A stretch of 57,952 bases of DNA from a virus (taxonomy: Duplodnaviria > Caudoviricetes), in the IMG/VR virus record IMGVR_UViG_3300046791_000121, positions 1 to 57,952 of that record; one strand, written 5' to 3'. A program made the translations under genes and the position numbers. This document shows, one piece after another, positions 1-8,713 of this stretch; within the stretch, counting starts at the first letter, position 1, and every line of letters starts with the position of its first letter. Under the pieces are notes generated by a model. It was not told the DNA's origin. It did no database searches and saw nothing but the letters and a program-made list of their open reading frames with translations.

Positions 1-386
1 TCGTGTCAACGACGATCACCACCTTCGGGTCCGGCCCTTGTAGCTCGGGAAGCAACGGTGCGTCGTCGCCCCATCCAAGCCCACGGAGAACCTCGCGCCG
101 ACGCGACGGGCGACCCCACGCCCAATCGACGCGACCTCGAGCGCTGCTCACTGCTCCGCGCACCTCGGCGGCAAGGTGCTTGCGCCAATCGACCTTGGGC
201 GGCTCGAACATCGAGCGCGCCCACTCCGCCAACCAGTTGCCAGGAGCTACTCCGCGCCCGCCACCGCTCGGCCTCCAATCGAGGACCGCGCGCGCGACTT
301 GGCGCTCGATGACTTCTTGCGCCGCGTTGGTCGTCGGGTCGGGGAGATCGTCGCCCACTTCGGCCTCGTAGGACTGGTGGTGTCCG
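1..386. repeat. Left copy of imperfect terminal direct repeat (circularisation overlap)
   Basis: Aligns without indels to 57567-57952; first 103 nt identical, then about 20 substitutions by manual alignment. Confidence 0.95.
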
Positions 387-1327
387 GCACAGCCCCCACA
401 GCTTCCGCCGCCCACTGCCAGAGCAGGAGTTCCGCCACCGCCACTTCCCGCACCCGCCTGAGCATCCCCATCGCCGTCGCGCCCTTCGCCGCCATCGCCT
501 GGCGCGTCTTCTCGTGCGTCGTCGCCACTATCTGGATCGCCCCCACCGGCAGCACCACCTTCGTCCTCGTCGTCGTCCATGCCGCCTTCTCCAGCGCCTT
601 CGTCCTCGTCTTCAGAATCCGGTCGATCCTCTTCTTCCGAATCGCCATCATCCTCCGGTTCTTCGCCGCCTCCCTCTGCGTCCTCTTCGCCATCTTCGTC
701 GCTTGGTCGATCTCCTTGCGGGCCTGCCTCTCCTGCTTGGCTAGACGGCGCGCTCGGTTGGGGCTGACCGGAAGTTGTTCCACCTGGCATCCCTCCTTCG
801 TCGGGTGGCGCCTGCTGTTGCTCGGCCCACTCGATCATCGACTTCGCGTAGAACTCGCCGGTGCGATCGTCCGGCAGGTCGTACTTCTTTGGCATCATGA
901 ACTGATGCGACTTCGGGAACACCCACCCCGCGCCTACGAGGTCGTCGTTGATCTCGAAGTCGGCAGCAACGTTCCACAGGTGATGCCACGACTCGATGTG
1001 GCGAGCCGCGCGCAAGATGTGCGCGACCCTCTCGTACCTCCCTCGAAGCGAGGCCGACGTTGCGGCCTCGCGTTGCGTGTGCCGACGAACAACGTGCTGG
1101 ACTTCGTGCGCCAGGAAGCAGGCCACGTCGTCCACCGTGAACTGGGCGAGCCACTCGGGGTCGAACCAAAGACGCATGCCATCGTCCACCGACACGCCTT
1201 CGATTCCCCTCCGCTCGATCGGCTTCAGGTTGAACAGCGCCGCCGTGAAGTAGGGGTGGCGCTTCCACACCTTGATGCGAGCCGCCCCGATCATGTTGCG
1301 CGGGCTAAGCGACTGCGGTTGCGCCAT
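1..1327 (-). CDS. 5' part of DUF2201-type putative metallopeptidase/vWA protein; continues across the circular junction to 57178 (about 571 aa in total)
   Basis: Absent from the ORF track because it runs off the end. Manual translation from ATG 1327 gives MAQPQSLSPRNMIGAARIKVWKRHPYF...FLAHEVQHVVRRH (HExxH), an acidic Gly/Asp linker, SCGGCAG, VDWRKHL and VVIVVDT, in frame with the 57178-57924 ORF. Confidence 0.85.
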   Translation of the reverse strand, partial: MAQPQSLSPRNMIGAARIKVWKRHPYFTAALFNLKPIERRGIEGVSVDDGMRLWFDPEWLAQFTVDDVACFLAHEVQHVVRRHTQREAATSASLRGRYERVAHILRAARHIESWHHLWNVAADFEINDDLVGAGWVFPKSHQFMMPKKYDLPDDRTGEFYAKSMIEWAEQQQAPPDEGGMPGGTTSGQPQPSAPSSQAGEAGPQGDRPSDEDGEEDAEGGGEEPEDDGDSEEEDRPDSEDEDEGAGEGGMDDDEDEGGAAGGGDPDSGDDAREDAPGDGGEGRDGDGDAQAGAGSGGGGTPALAVGGGSCGGCAGHHQSYEAEVGDDLPDPTTNAAQEVIERQVARAVLDWRPSGGGRGVAPGNWLAEWARSMFEPPKVDWRKHLAAEVRGAVSSARGRVDWAWGRPSRRREVLRGLGWGDDAPLLPELQGPDPKVVIVVDT

Positions 1328-1916
1328 CGGACTCCACCTCCTTCGCTGACTGCTGGCCGGAGATTCGCTTCTTCATGTCGCCGACCCATCCGTAGTACAA
1401 CTCGTTCTTGGCGCGCACCGACTGGTGCAGCCCTTCGAGCAATGGCTTGATCTCGCCCATGAGGTCGAAGGTCACGGCGCACTCCTCTGCGCTGGCCAGG
1501 AACTTCTTGGCCGAGCGCAGCGACCGCGACGCCGTGTCGCCTACCTTCTTGAACCGCTCCTCGCTCGGCACCACGCCGGGCTCGGGGAGCATGCTGCGGA
1601 TCGTGAGCGTCTGCTCCTCGAGCTTGGTGCGAAGATCACCAAGCTCCTTGACCAGGGCCTCGCGGGCGAGGCGAATGATCGTCGCCCCGTCGCGCTCGTC
1701 GAAGCGGACAAGCTCGACCGTGCAGCCGCGCTCCTTCCAGGACTGGATGGGCAGCATGGCCACGTTCTTGTCGGGGATCACCCAACACGACAGGTTGATG
1801 CGAGCCCCGAAGCGCCAGAGGAACGACGACGGGTTCGCGACCTTCGTGCGGGCCGGGATGTCGTACACCAATAGATGAGCGCGGGTCGCGCTCGCGGCTG
1901 CCGGGTTCTGCGTCAT
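1305..1916 (-). CDS. Protein with N-terminal Cas2/PaaX/ChrB-like ferredoxin-fold motif and helical C-terminus
   Basis: LLVYDIP...FGARINLSCWVIP pattern; ATG at 1916 with AAGGAG RBS; 3' end overlaps the vWA gene start. Confidence 0.55.
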   Translation of the reverse strand: MTQNPAAASATRAHLLVYDIPARTKVANPSSFLWRFGARINLSCWVIPDKNVAMLPIQSWKERGCTVELVRFDERDGATIIRLAREALVKELGDLRTKLEEQTLTIRSMLPEPGVVPSEERFKKVGDTASRSLRSAKKFLASAEECAVTFDLMGEIKPLLEGLHQSVRAKNELYYGWVGDMKKRISGQQSAKEVESDGATAVA

Positions 1917-2278
1917 GATGCGATCTCCTTCAGGCGTGCGATTACGCCGGGTTCGACGAACGCTTGCACGCTCGGTTCGGGTAGGTTGAAAATCTTCGAC
2001 CACACGGAGCGGCGCACCCACACGATGTCGCCCGTGCGGTGGGCCTCTTCGGGGCTCATCATCACGCCCGACTTCGGCGCGTTCTTCACGCCGACCAGCG
2101 CGACGTATTCGCCGGTCTGCTTCTGGCACTCACCACAGAGCGGGCCGTAGCCCACCACCGTGTTGCGCTCGAAGGTGGGCCTCAAGCGCGTGTCGAGCAG
2201 GATGTTCCCTGTGTCCGATGCCTTGCCGCACACCGGGCACGCTCGCTGCTCCATCGAGACGTAGGACTTCTCACTCAT
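1913..2278 (-). CDS. Hypothetical Zn-finger protein
   Basis: CPVC...CGEC pairs; coupled to neighbours. Confidence 0.7.
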   Translation of the reverse strand: MSEKSYVSMEQRACPVCGKASDTGNILLDTRLRPTFERNTVVGYGPLCGECQKQTGEYVALVGVKNAPKSGVMMSPEEAHRTGDIVWVRRSVWSKIFNLPEPSVQAFVEPGVIARLKEIAS

Positions 2279-2507
2279 GGGCCCGCTCCCGCGGCCCCGC
2301 GACGTAGAGGGTGATGAAGGGCGCGGTGAACTTCCGCCACCGTCCCCAGCCGTCGCATGTGTCGCCGCTCGCCGTGCCCCACTTATTGATCACGCGAACT
2401 CCGCCGCGCAGGATGTCGATTTGGTCGGCAACCTTCAGGCTGGCGAACCAGCGGCCGACGACGACGTCGAGCGTCGCGCCGCCCCTGTACCTCGTGAGGC
2501 GAATCAT
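2271..2507 (-). CDS. Hypothetical protein
   Basis: ATG 2507 after GGAGG; overlaps stop of upstream ORF. Confidence 0.55.
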   Translation of the reverse strand: MIRLTRYRGGATLDVVVGRWFASLKVADQIDILRGGVRVINKWGTASGDTCDGWGRWRKFTAPFITLYVAGPRERAHE

Positions 2508-2743
2508 CGGCACACCTCCTCCTGGATGACGGCCCAGCAATGCGAGCGCCACCGATCGGACGGGCTAACGTCGGGCCGGTCGGTCTGCAACTCGATCTCC
2601 ACCACCGTCAGCACGTCGCCGCCTTCGACGGCCTCGCGTAGCAACGCCGAGTCGCCCTCGCTCGCCGGGTAGCACGAGTCGTAGCGGAGCATGTCGAGCG
2701 GGAAGGGGTAGGACCCTCGGACTCTGAAACGTGACGGCTTCAC
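2504..2743 (-). CDS. Conserved-looking phage hypothetical protein
   Basis: FRVRGSYPFPLDMLRYDSCYP...RWRS motif; GGAGG RBS. Confidence 0.7.
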   Translation of the reverse strand: MKPSRFRVRGSYPFPLDMLRYDSCYPASEGDSALLREAVEGGDVLTVVEIELQTDRPDVSPSDRWRSHCWAVIQEEVCR

Positions 2744-2745
2744 GG

Positions 2746-3942
2746 TTAGCCTCCGAATCCGCTCGCCGCGACCATCGGAGCGAGCCGTTGAATGACGGGG
2801 ATGTATTCAGCGAGCAGCCTGCCCTTCGGCTTGTTCGCGCCCAGGTGCTGACCGGCTACGAGCGCGAGGTCGTCGCCTGCGCCAGCGTCCAGCGTGATCC
2901 GAATGATTTCCCAACCCCAATGCCACCAATCGCCCTTCTCCTTCTCGGGGATGCTCTTGTTGGTCGCCGCGAGCGCGACGGCCATCAACTGCGCGAAGGT
3001 GCGATCCTGGCGACGGGGATCGGGCTGCCACAGCTTCGGATTCTCGCGGAGCTTCGCGATTGGAATCAGGTCCTGATCGTTGTAGAAGGACATGAACTGC
3101 AACGCCTGCGGCTCGCCGATGGTGCCGGTGAGAATCTCCTGCATGGCCTCGGGGTCATCGAACATCCTGCACGTCGCCGCGAGGTTGAGCGCGTAGTCCC
3201 ACGAGCGCGGTGTCGCGTAGGCCAGAGGGAAGCGACTCGAAATCACTGGGTCGGAAATGTTCTCCAGCAACGTGCCGATGCCGACACCGTGAGGGGGCGG
3301 CATCATGTAGGCCGTGTAGATGCTCACGACTTCCGCCTTCGCCACCTCGTGCTTCTCGTCGCTCCACCTCGGGAACAGGTCCGGACGCAGGTCTCCGTTG
3401 CCCTGCACGTAGCGAACGTGATCAGCGGGCCCCGGTGGATTGAACGGGAGCCAGATGGCCCGGTTGCCGATCGGCTTGGAAATGTCCTGCGCGTCCGCCG
3501 CATGCTCGGGCTCGTTCATCGCACCCATCACCGTCACGGCCGCGTTCAGATGCGTGTCGCCAACCTTGCGCGGCAACTCGTCGAGCACCTTGAGCATCGC
3601 GCCCTGAGTCGAGCGCAGGGCCAGATTGAACTCATCCAACATCCACAGCGCGGGCTGACCATCGTTGATCTCTCGAATGCCCGCCGCCGCCTTGAACCAA
3701 AGCTCGCCACCCGACGGGGTCGGCCAGCCATTGAAGTCTTCCGGGCCATGCTGCCCGACCGACCACCGCAAGAAGTGCTTGTCGTCGACGCCGAATGCGC
3801 GACCGACGCTCCTGCCGAACTGCGTCTTGCCAATGCCCGGAGGCCCGATCCAGATCAGGACGTGCGCGCCAGGGGTACGAAGGACGTAGAAAGCCTTGAG
3901 CGCGTTGCGCTCCATCGGCGAGTTAAGAAGTTGTAGACCCAT
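2746..3942 (-). CDS. MoxR/AAA_5-type AAA+ ATPase
   Basis: Walker A GPPGIGKT, Walker B WMLDEFN, sensor GAMN, IGNR, TPRSW; ATG 3942 after AGGAGGG. Confidence 0.9.
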   Translation of the reverse strand: MGLQLLNSPMERNALKAFYVLRTPGAHVLIWIGPPGIGKTQFGRSVGRAFGVDDKHFLRWSVGQHGPEDFNGWPTPSGGELWFKAAAGIREINDGQPALWMLDEFNLALRSTQGAMLKVLDELPRKVGDTHLNAAVTVMGAMNEPEHAADAQDISKPIGNRAIWLPFNPPGPADHVRYVQGNGDLRPDLFPRWSDEKHEVAKAEVVSIYTAYMMPPPHGVGIGTLLENISDPVISSRFPLAYATPRSWDYALNLAATCRMFDDPEAMQEILTGTIGEPQALQFMSFYNDQDLIPIAKLRENPKLWQPDPRRQDRTFAQLMAVALAATNKSIPEKEKGDWWHWGWEIIRITLDAGAGDDLALVAGQHLGANKPKGRLLAEYIPVIQRLAPMVAASGFGG

Positions 3943-3952
3943 CGAATCCCTC

Positions 3953-4180
3953 CTAGTTGAGACTGGGGTTGAACGGCATGCGCTCTGCGCGGTGGATCGC
4001 AGCGACTCGATCACCGCCCAGCTTGTACGAGTACAGAAGCGCCGCCATGATCGTCGTAACCTCGCCGACCATGTCGCTCTCGGACTTCTGTTCCTTCTCA
4101 AGGCCGAGCCCAATGATCACCTTCATCACCGTCTGCCTGATGGCCTCGGCGTCCTCTCTCGACATCTGGTCTTTGTTCAC
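3953..4180 (-). CDS. Hypothetical protein
   Basis: GTG 4180 coupled to upstream stop; GAGG RBS. Confidence 0.55.
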   Translation of the reverse strand: MNKDQMSREDAEAIRQTVMKVIIGLGLEKEQKSESDMVGEVTTIMAALLYSYKLGGDRVAAIHRAERMPFNPSLN

Positions 4181-4383
4181 TGCAACACCTCTTCGACGAA
4201 CTCGCGCACGGAGTAGCCGGACCAATAAGCCGCGAGCGTCTTCTTCCTGCTCGGCATCACGATTTCGTTGAGTCCGGCGACGCCGAGCCCGCCAATCTTG
4301 CGATCGATCTCTCGAACGACCTTCGCGACGAACTGCTCCTGCCCATCGACATGCTTCAAGGTGAGAGCCCACGTCGAACGCAT
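4177..4383 (-). CDS. Hypothetical protein
   Basis: Strong AAGGAGG RBS before ATG. Confidence 0.65.
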   Translation of the reverse strand: MRSTWALTLKHVDGQEQFVAKVVREIDRKIGGLGVAGLNEIVMPSRKKTLAAYWSGYSVREFVEEVLQ

Positions 4384-4419
4384 CGGCCTGTCCTCCTTCT
4401 TGGTTGGGGTGGATGTCGG

Positions 4420-4923
4420 TCAGTCGTTGTAGATCACGACCGTGCACAGCACCGCGGTGTACGTCGTCGAGAACTCGTCCGACGCTGACCGCTTGAGCAT
4501 CTTCCACTCGCCATTGACGTAGGCGAGGATCGACGGCGGGAAGAAGTCGGGGGGCCATCCGAGATCGCTCGCCTCGGCGACCCACATGCCAGCGGCGCCG
4601 CGCCTCAAGTCGGTAGGCTTCAACGTCGCCTTCTGCATCTCCTCCCAGGTCATCGGGCGCGCCGCTTCCTTCGCCAGCGCCTCCGCGACGAACTCGTCCA
4701 TCAGCGAGACGGGTTGCGGTATCGGAACCACGAGCGCCTTGTTCAGCAGGAGGTGCCTGTTGGCGATCCCGAGCACTCGCGGGTCGCCGTCGGTCTTGAC
4801 GTAGTACTCGACGCAGCCGAACGGGAGATCGACGACGCGCTCGACTTCGTACACGGTGTTGATCTTCAAGCCTTGCGCCTCGATCCTAGCCACGACCTTG
4901 TCGCCCTTCTGGAACGTTGACAT
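4420..4923 (-). CDS. Hypothetical protein (N-terminal SH3-like FQKGDKV motif)
   Basis: ATG 4923 after AAGGAG; the longer ORF-track start is unlikely. Confidence 0.6.
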   Translation of the reverse strand: MSTFQKGDKVVARIEAQGLKINTVYEVERVVDLPFGCVEYYVKTDGDPRVLGIANRHLLLNKALVVPIPQPVSLMDEFVAEALAKEAARPMTWEEMQKATLKPTDLRRGAAGMWVAEASDLGWPPDFFPPSILAYVNGEWKMLKRSASDEFSTTYTAVLCTVVIYND

Positions 4924-4994
4924 CGCAGGACTCCTTGAATGAATGGTCTGACAAAATGGGTGGACGGTTTTTGTGGCTCGCTCTTTCGACTGAA

Positions 4995-5186
4995 CTACCG
5001 CGACTCCTCCTTGACCCGCAGCGCCAAGGTGTCCAGCGCGTCCTGCTTGCTGTTCGTGTAGTAGGTCGAATCTTCGACCACCTCGGCGTCGAGAAGCGTC
5101 TGGACCATGTACTCGCCGCTGAACGAATCCTTCACGATCCGAATCACTACTCGATCGTTGACCGCTACCCGCTTGAACGCTGACAT
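4995..5186 (-). CDS. First gene of the leftward early operon, hypothetical
   Basis: 63 aa; GAAGGGGG RBS. Confidence 0.6.
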   Translation of the reverse strand: MSAFKRVAVNDRVVIRIVKDSFSGEYMVQTLLDAEVVEDSTYYTNSKQDALDTLALRVKEESR

Positions 5187-5390
5187 CGCGAACCCCCTTC
5201 GTTAATGAGTGGGTGGTTTTCTGAGCACTGCTGTTGACTACCGCCTGCGTACTTGTACCTGGGCCGGGTTGGAGCCCTCTGATCGATTCGCTCGCCGACT
5301 TACTCGCGACCACCTAGCGTGCTGCTCTGCGCTAGGACCTTCTATCGCGACGCGCTCACGTCGAACCGAAGAGATCGACTGCTACGCCTG

Positions 5391-5478
5391 ATGCAAGCCG
5401 CCCGTCTTGGGGTCGCTGCTTCGCTTGCATGCGCGCTCGCCGCCGCCCGTCTCGGGGTCGCTGCTTCGCGGTTCGCGC
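5391..5478 (-). repeat. Tandem 28-bp direct repeats forming two hairpins in the leader
   Basis: GCCGCCCGTCTYGGGGTCGCTGCTTCGC at 5397-5424 and 5442-5469 (1 mismatch), each closed by a different inverted repeat. Confidence 0.85.
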
Positions 5479-5631
5479 TCCGGCCTCTGCCGATCTTCTA
5501 TGTCCACCAGACCTTGCGCCCGTTTCGCCGGGGGCCTTGCGCGAGAGCACCTATCCGTCGAGCCGTTTCGACGGGTCGCTGGCCTCTCGCTTCTCGATCT
5601 GGTTTCTAGCCGCCTCCTCAGCGGCACATAT

Positions 5632-5660
5632 ATAATGAGAGATTTTGCTCGGGTGCGCAA
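5632..5660 (-). promoter_or_regulatory. Leftward sigma70-like promoter
   Basis: TTGCGC-17 nt-CATTAT on the minus strand, in the most AT-rich patch nearby. Confidence 0.6.
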
Positions 5661-5904
5661 CCGCTTTATATCCATGAACTACAAGGGGTTACAGAGTCGA
5701 AACTGCTCGATTTTGCTGGTGTGAGAAGGGGTCTCGTTTGGCACCAGATTTTGCAAGGATTCCGACCAGCGCCCGCTCTTCTCTTGAGCAGCCTAGTAAT
5801 GCTCGCGGGGAGCATGCTGAGTGCAGCGAACAAGACCTGGTCGTTGCGCTGATCTCCTGACCGCAGTCGATCGCGTCGCGCGCCTTGAGTTAGCGCCCAG
5901 ACGT

Positions 5905-6010
5905 TCTTCCGGCAATGCCGGGATGTTTGCTACGCAACGCCACGGCAATGCCGGGCGGTTGCCCTGCTTAGAAGAAGAAGAAGAAGAAGAAAGAATCTGA
6001 ATAAGAAACG
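5905..6010. repeat. Candidate replication origin: palindromic repeats plus (GAA)n purine tract
   Basis: CGGCAATGCCGGG twice (5910, 5943), each a CGGCA-A-TGCCG palindrome, followed by GAAGAAGAAGAAGAAGAAGAAAGAA at 5971-5995. Confidence 0.45.
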
Positions 6011-6121
6011 AGGCGACTTGCGACAAGGCGCAAGTTGAGGCGAGAGGCACACCAACAGGCATGACTTCGAAGCCCGCTTGGAGGCGTGCGAAAAAATCTG
6101 CGCGAATGCGCATTTTGACCC

Positions 6122-6150
6122 TTGCTACTAAGTGCCCCGGAGCATACGTT
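6122..6150 (+). promoter_or_regulatory. Rightward sigma70-like promoter
   Basis: TTGCTA-17 nt-TACGTT, upstream of AAGGAGG RBS and ATG 6198. Confidence 0.6.
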
Positions 6151-6197
6151 GTGAAAGGCAGCAAGAGATCAACAGCCCACCGAAGGAGGAAGGACAG

Positions 6198-6491
6198 ATG
6201 GCACTCGGAGTATCGGATGAGCCGAAGGCGAAGGGCGAGCGCCGCAAGGCACTCACCGTCGCCGAGCGCGCCTCGAAGTTCGACCGTTCGATCGCCGCGC
6301 ATGAAGCAGCAATCGTGAAGCTCAAGGCCCGCAAGTCCGACCTGGCGAAGGCCGCCCGTGACAAGGCGGCGCAGCTACTGAGCGAGGCGGGGATCGGAGT
6401 CGATCCTGGCACGCTCCGCCTGCCCGGCGAAGGCAGTCGTACCGTGATGGTCGATGTGGAAGACGCTGGCGCAACGAGCGGGTCGGGTTAG
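6198..6491 (+). CDS. Small basic coiled-coil protein
   Basis: Strong RBS; Ala/Lys-rich heptads. Confidence 0.7.
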   Translation: MALGVSDEPKAKGERRKALTVAERASKFDRSIAAHEAAIVKLKARKSDLAKAARDKAAQLLSEAGIGVDPGTLRLPGEGSRTVMVDVEDAGATSGSG

Positions 6492-6831
6492 CACGGTGGG
6501 GCGCGAGCCAGCACAGCGATCTGGACCAAGGGCCTCATCAGCCTCGACCTCGCGCCCCGCCTCTTTCCTGAATCACAACGGCGAGCAGTTCGTCGCAGTT
6601 GAGATCACGCGAGACGGCATCAAGTGCCGATTCTGCCAGCGCATTATCAGAGTCCGCGAAAGAGCCGCACGGTTCGTCAGCGGCAACGGTTACGAATGCA
6701 CCGACTGCGTCTACGACGAACCGATCACCGACTTCAATCGTGAGTGGAGGGAGAAGCATGACGCTCGCACCCGAGCAGCAAAATCTTCCAGCGACCCAAA
6801 GCAGCGTTGGGACCTCGCAGGGGATCACTAG
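6454..6831 (+). CDS. Hypothetical Zn-finger protein (start uncertain)
   Basis: CRFC...CTDC pairs. Confidence 0.55.
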   Translation: MWKTLAQRAGRVSTVGREPAQRSGPRASSASTSRPASFLNHNGEQFVAVEITRDGIKCRFCQRIIRVRERAARFVSGNGYECTDCVYDEPITDFNREWREKHDARTRAAKSSSDPKQRWDLAGDH

Positions 6832-7750
6832 CGGCAGCGGCAGGCTGCTCGCGATCGGCGCGATGTCGGACGCCGAGTTCGAGAACAACCTTAAAGCGCT
6901 CACGCGCGCGGTCGATCGCATCACCAAAGCCAAGCTCACCGTGATGAAGTCGGAAGTAGACTTCGGCATCATCCCCGGCACCAAGAAGCCGACATTGCTG
7001 CAACCCGGTGCACAAAAACTCTGCATGCTCGCCGGGCTCGTACCGTCTTACGAGGCGACCAGGACGGTGGGTCGCGATGAGATCGAGCCCGACGTTCACT
7101 ACATCGCGAAATGCAGGCTCCACTTCGGCTCGACCGACAGCCCGGCGATCGCGGAAGGGCTCGGAAGCGCGAACTCGTATGAACGCAAGTACCGCTACCA
7201 CTCAGGCACCAGGACCTGCCCGGTGTGCGGTGCTGCGGCGATCTACAAGAGCAGGTACCCCGATCGAGAGACCAACGAGAAGGGCTGGTATTGCAACGCG
7301 AAGAAGGACGGGTGTGGCGAGCAGTTCCTGGCCGCCGACGAGCGCATCATCGAGCAAGAGGTGGGGAACGTCGAGAACAACGACCCCTACGACCAGGACA
7401 ACACGCTCTTGAAGATGGCTGCCAAGCGCGCATTCATTTCGGCCACGCTCGTTGCGACCGCTTCGAGTGGCGACTTCACCCAAGACCTGGAAGACAACCC
7501 GGAGCAGGCCGAACGCGATGCGTTGACGGCGCGGCTCGGAATCGCCGCGAGGGCGCTCGGCATCGATAAGGCGCGGCCACTCGGCGAAGAGGTCGCAAGG
7601 GTCTTGAATCGTAAAGGCATCATCGATCCGCGCACGCTCAAGACCCCCGATCTCCAGAGGGTCGTCGTCGCCTTCGAGGACTACGTGGCCGTGGCTCACA
7701 AAGAGAAGTCGAGCGCGCAGGAGGTACCGGCCGATGCCAGCGCTAACTGA
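6758..7750 (+). CDS. Putative single-strand annealing/recombination protein with Zn-ribbon insert
   Basis: DFGIIPGTKKPTLLQPGAQKL and NTLLKMAAKRAF...FTQDLED motifs; CPVC...C...C insert; adjacent to Gp157; GGAGGG RBS. Confidence 0.6.
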   Translation: MTLAPEQQNLPATQSSVGTSQGITSGSGRLLAIGAMSDAEFENNLKALTRAVDRITKAKLTVMKSEVDFGIIPGTKKPTLLQPGAQKLCMLAGLVPSYEATRTVGRDEIEPDVHYIAKCRLHFGSTDSPAIAEGLGSANSYERKYRYHSGTRTCPVCGAAAIYKSRYPDRETNEKGWYCNAKKDGCGEQFLAADERIIEQEVGNVENNDPYDQDNTLLKMAAKRAFISATLVATASSGDFTQDLEDNPEQAERDALTARLGIAARALGIDKARPLGEEVARVLNRKGIIDPRTLKTPDLQRVVVAFEDYVAVAHKEKSSAQEVPADASAN

Positions 7751-8246
7751 CATCCTCGACGATCTGCGCGCGGTCGAAGCGTTGATGACCGAGTTGGACG
7801 ACAACGGCGTCGCGATACCGAGCAGCGTCACCGACAAGCTCGCCGAGTTCGTGACGGTGAAAGAAGGCAAGGTCGATGCTATCGGCCGCCTGGCGCTCGC
7901 CTTGGACGGGTGCGCTGAGTCGTGCAAGCAGGAGGCAAAGGCATTGCAGTCGCGAGCGCGCAAGTTCGAGGAACGAAAGAAACGCCTGCTCCACTACGTA
8001 GGCTACGCGATGTCGCGGGCCGAGCAGAAAAAACTCGAGGGCGCGCTCTGCACGCTGACCGTCGTCGCCGGACGATTCCATGTTGAGATCAAGGATCACA
8101 ATCTGATCCCCGACGACTGTATGCGAGTAGTCCCCGAGACACGCGAGCCGAACCTGATCGAGATTGGCGAACGGCTCAAGCGCGGAGTGCCGGTGCCGGG
8201 CACGGTGTTTGTGCAAGGCGAAGGCAGCGTGCGGGTCTACCAGTGA
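7734..8246 (+). CDS. Siphovirus Gp157-family protein
   Basis: Coiled coil KVDAIG...EAKALQSRA, then IPDDCMRV...EPNL...LKRGVPVPG. Confidence 0.8.
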   Translation: MPALTDILDDLRAVEALMTELDDNGVAIPSSVTDKLAEFVTVKEGKVDAIGRLALALDGCAESCKQEAKALQSRARKFEERKKRLLHYVGYAMSRAEQKKLEGALCTLTVVAGRFHVEIKDHNLIPDDCMRVVPETREPNLIEIGERLKRGVPVPGTVFVQGEGSVRVYQ

Positions 8247-8713
8247 TGTACCCGGAGCGGGGGGAGAGCAGCGCCATCGGAGGCGACCACGATGGGCACG
8301 ACTCAGACGACATCGTGCGTTCTACTGAAACCGAGCACCGTTCTCCTGACGTGCAGGGGGCGGACTCTCAAGGGAAGGGCGGAGGGAAAGACGGAGTGCT
8401 AGCCAACTCGTCGAGTACCGGTACGGTGGAGCAAGGAGCCTCCCGCTCCGGCACCAGTGGCGTAATAGTCTTGTTGGGCATCGAGAAGAACCAGCGCAAG
8501 GCGCGGCTAATGCCGTGGCCGCAAGTGGATGTATTCCAGTCTGCGCCCCCGATAGTCCCGCCGCGAGTCACTCGGGCGTGGGTGATCACATGCGCGACGA
8601 ACGCGATGGCAGAGCAGCAGGCGGAGTCCTGGCCTGTGATGGTCGAGGGCTGCACCGTGCTGCGCGTGTTCCATCGAGGCAAGTGGCACGCACGCAAAGG
8701 CGTCGCACCGTGA
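8243..8713 (+). CDS. Hypothetical protein
   Basis: Coupled by overlapping start/stop on both sides. Confidence 0.5.
   Translation: MMYPERGESSAIGGDHDGHDSDDIVRSTETEHRSPDVQGADSQGKGGGKDGVLANSSSTGTVEQGASRSGTSGVIVLLGIEKNQRKARLMPWPQVDVFQSAPPIVPPRVTRAWVITCATNAMAEQQAESWPVMVEGCTVLRVFHRGKWHARKGVAP

Noticed and set aside
1-386. End repeats as the template/variable repeat pair of a diversity-generating retroelement
   Set aside because: Mismatches are not adenine-specific and are mostly synonymous, and no reverse transcriptase is recognisable
176-1450. Long antisense ORFs (also 2731-3936, 36248-37726, 40531-41583, 55910-57034)
   Set aside because: They mirror real genes on the opposite strand, typical of GC-rich DNA, and show no motifs or RBS
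5386-5430. Hammerhead ribozyme at CTGATG
   Set aside because: Reads CUGAUGC, not CUGANGA, and has no matching GAAA core
5397-5469. 28-bp repeats as a mini-CRISPR array
   Set aside because: Only two copies with a 17-nt gap; the flanks form closing stems; no cas operon
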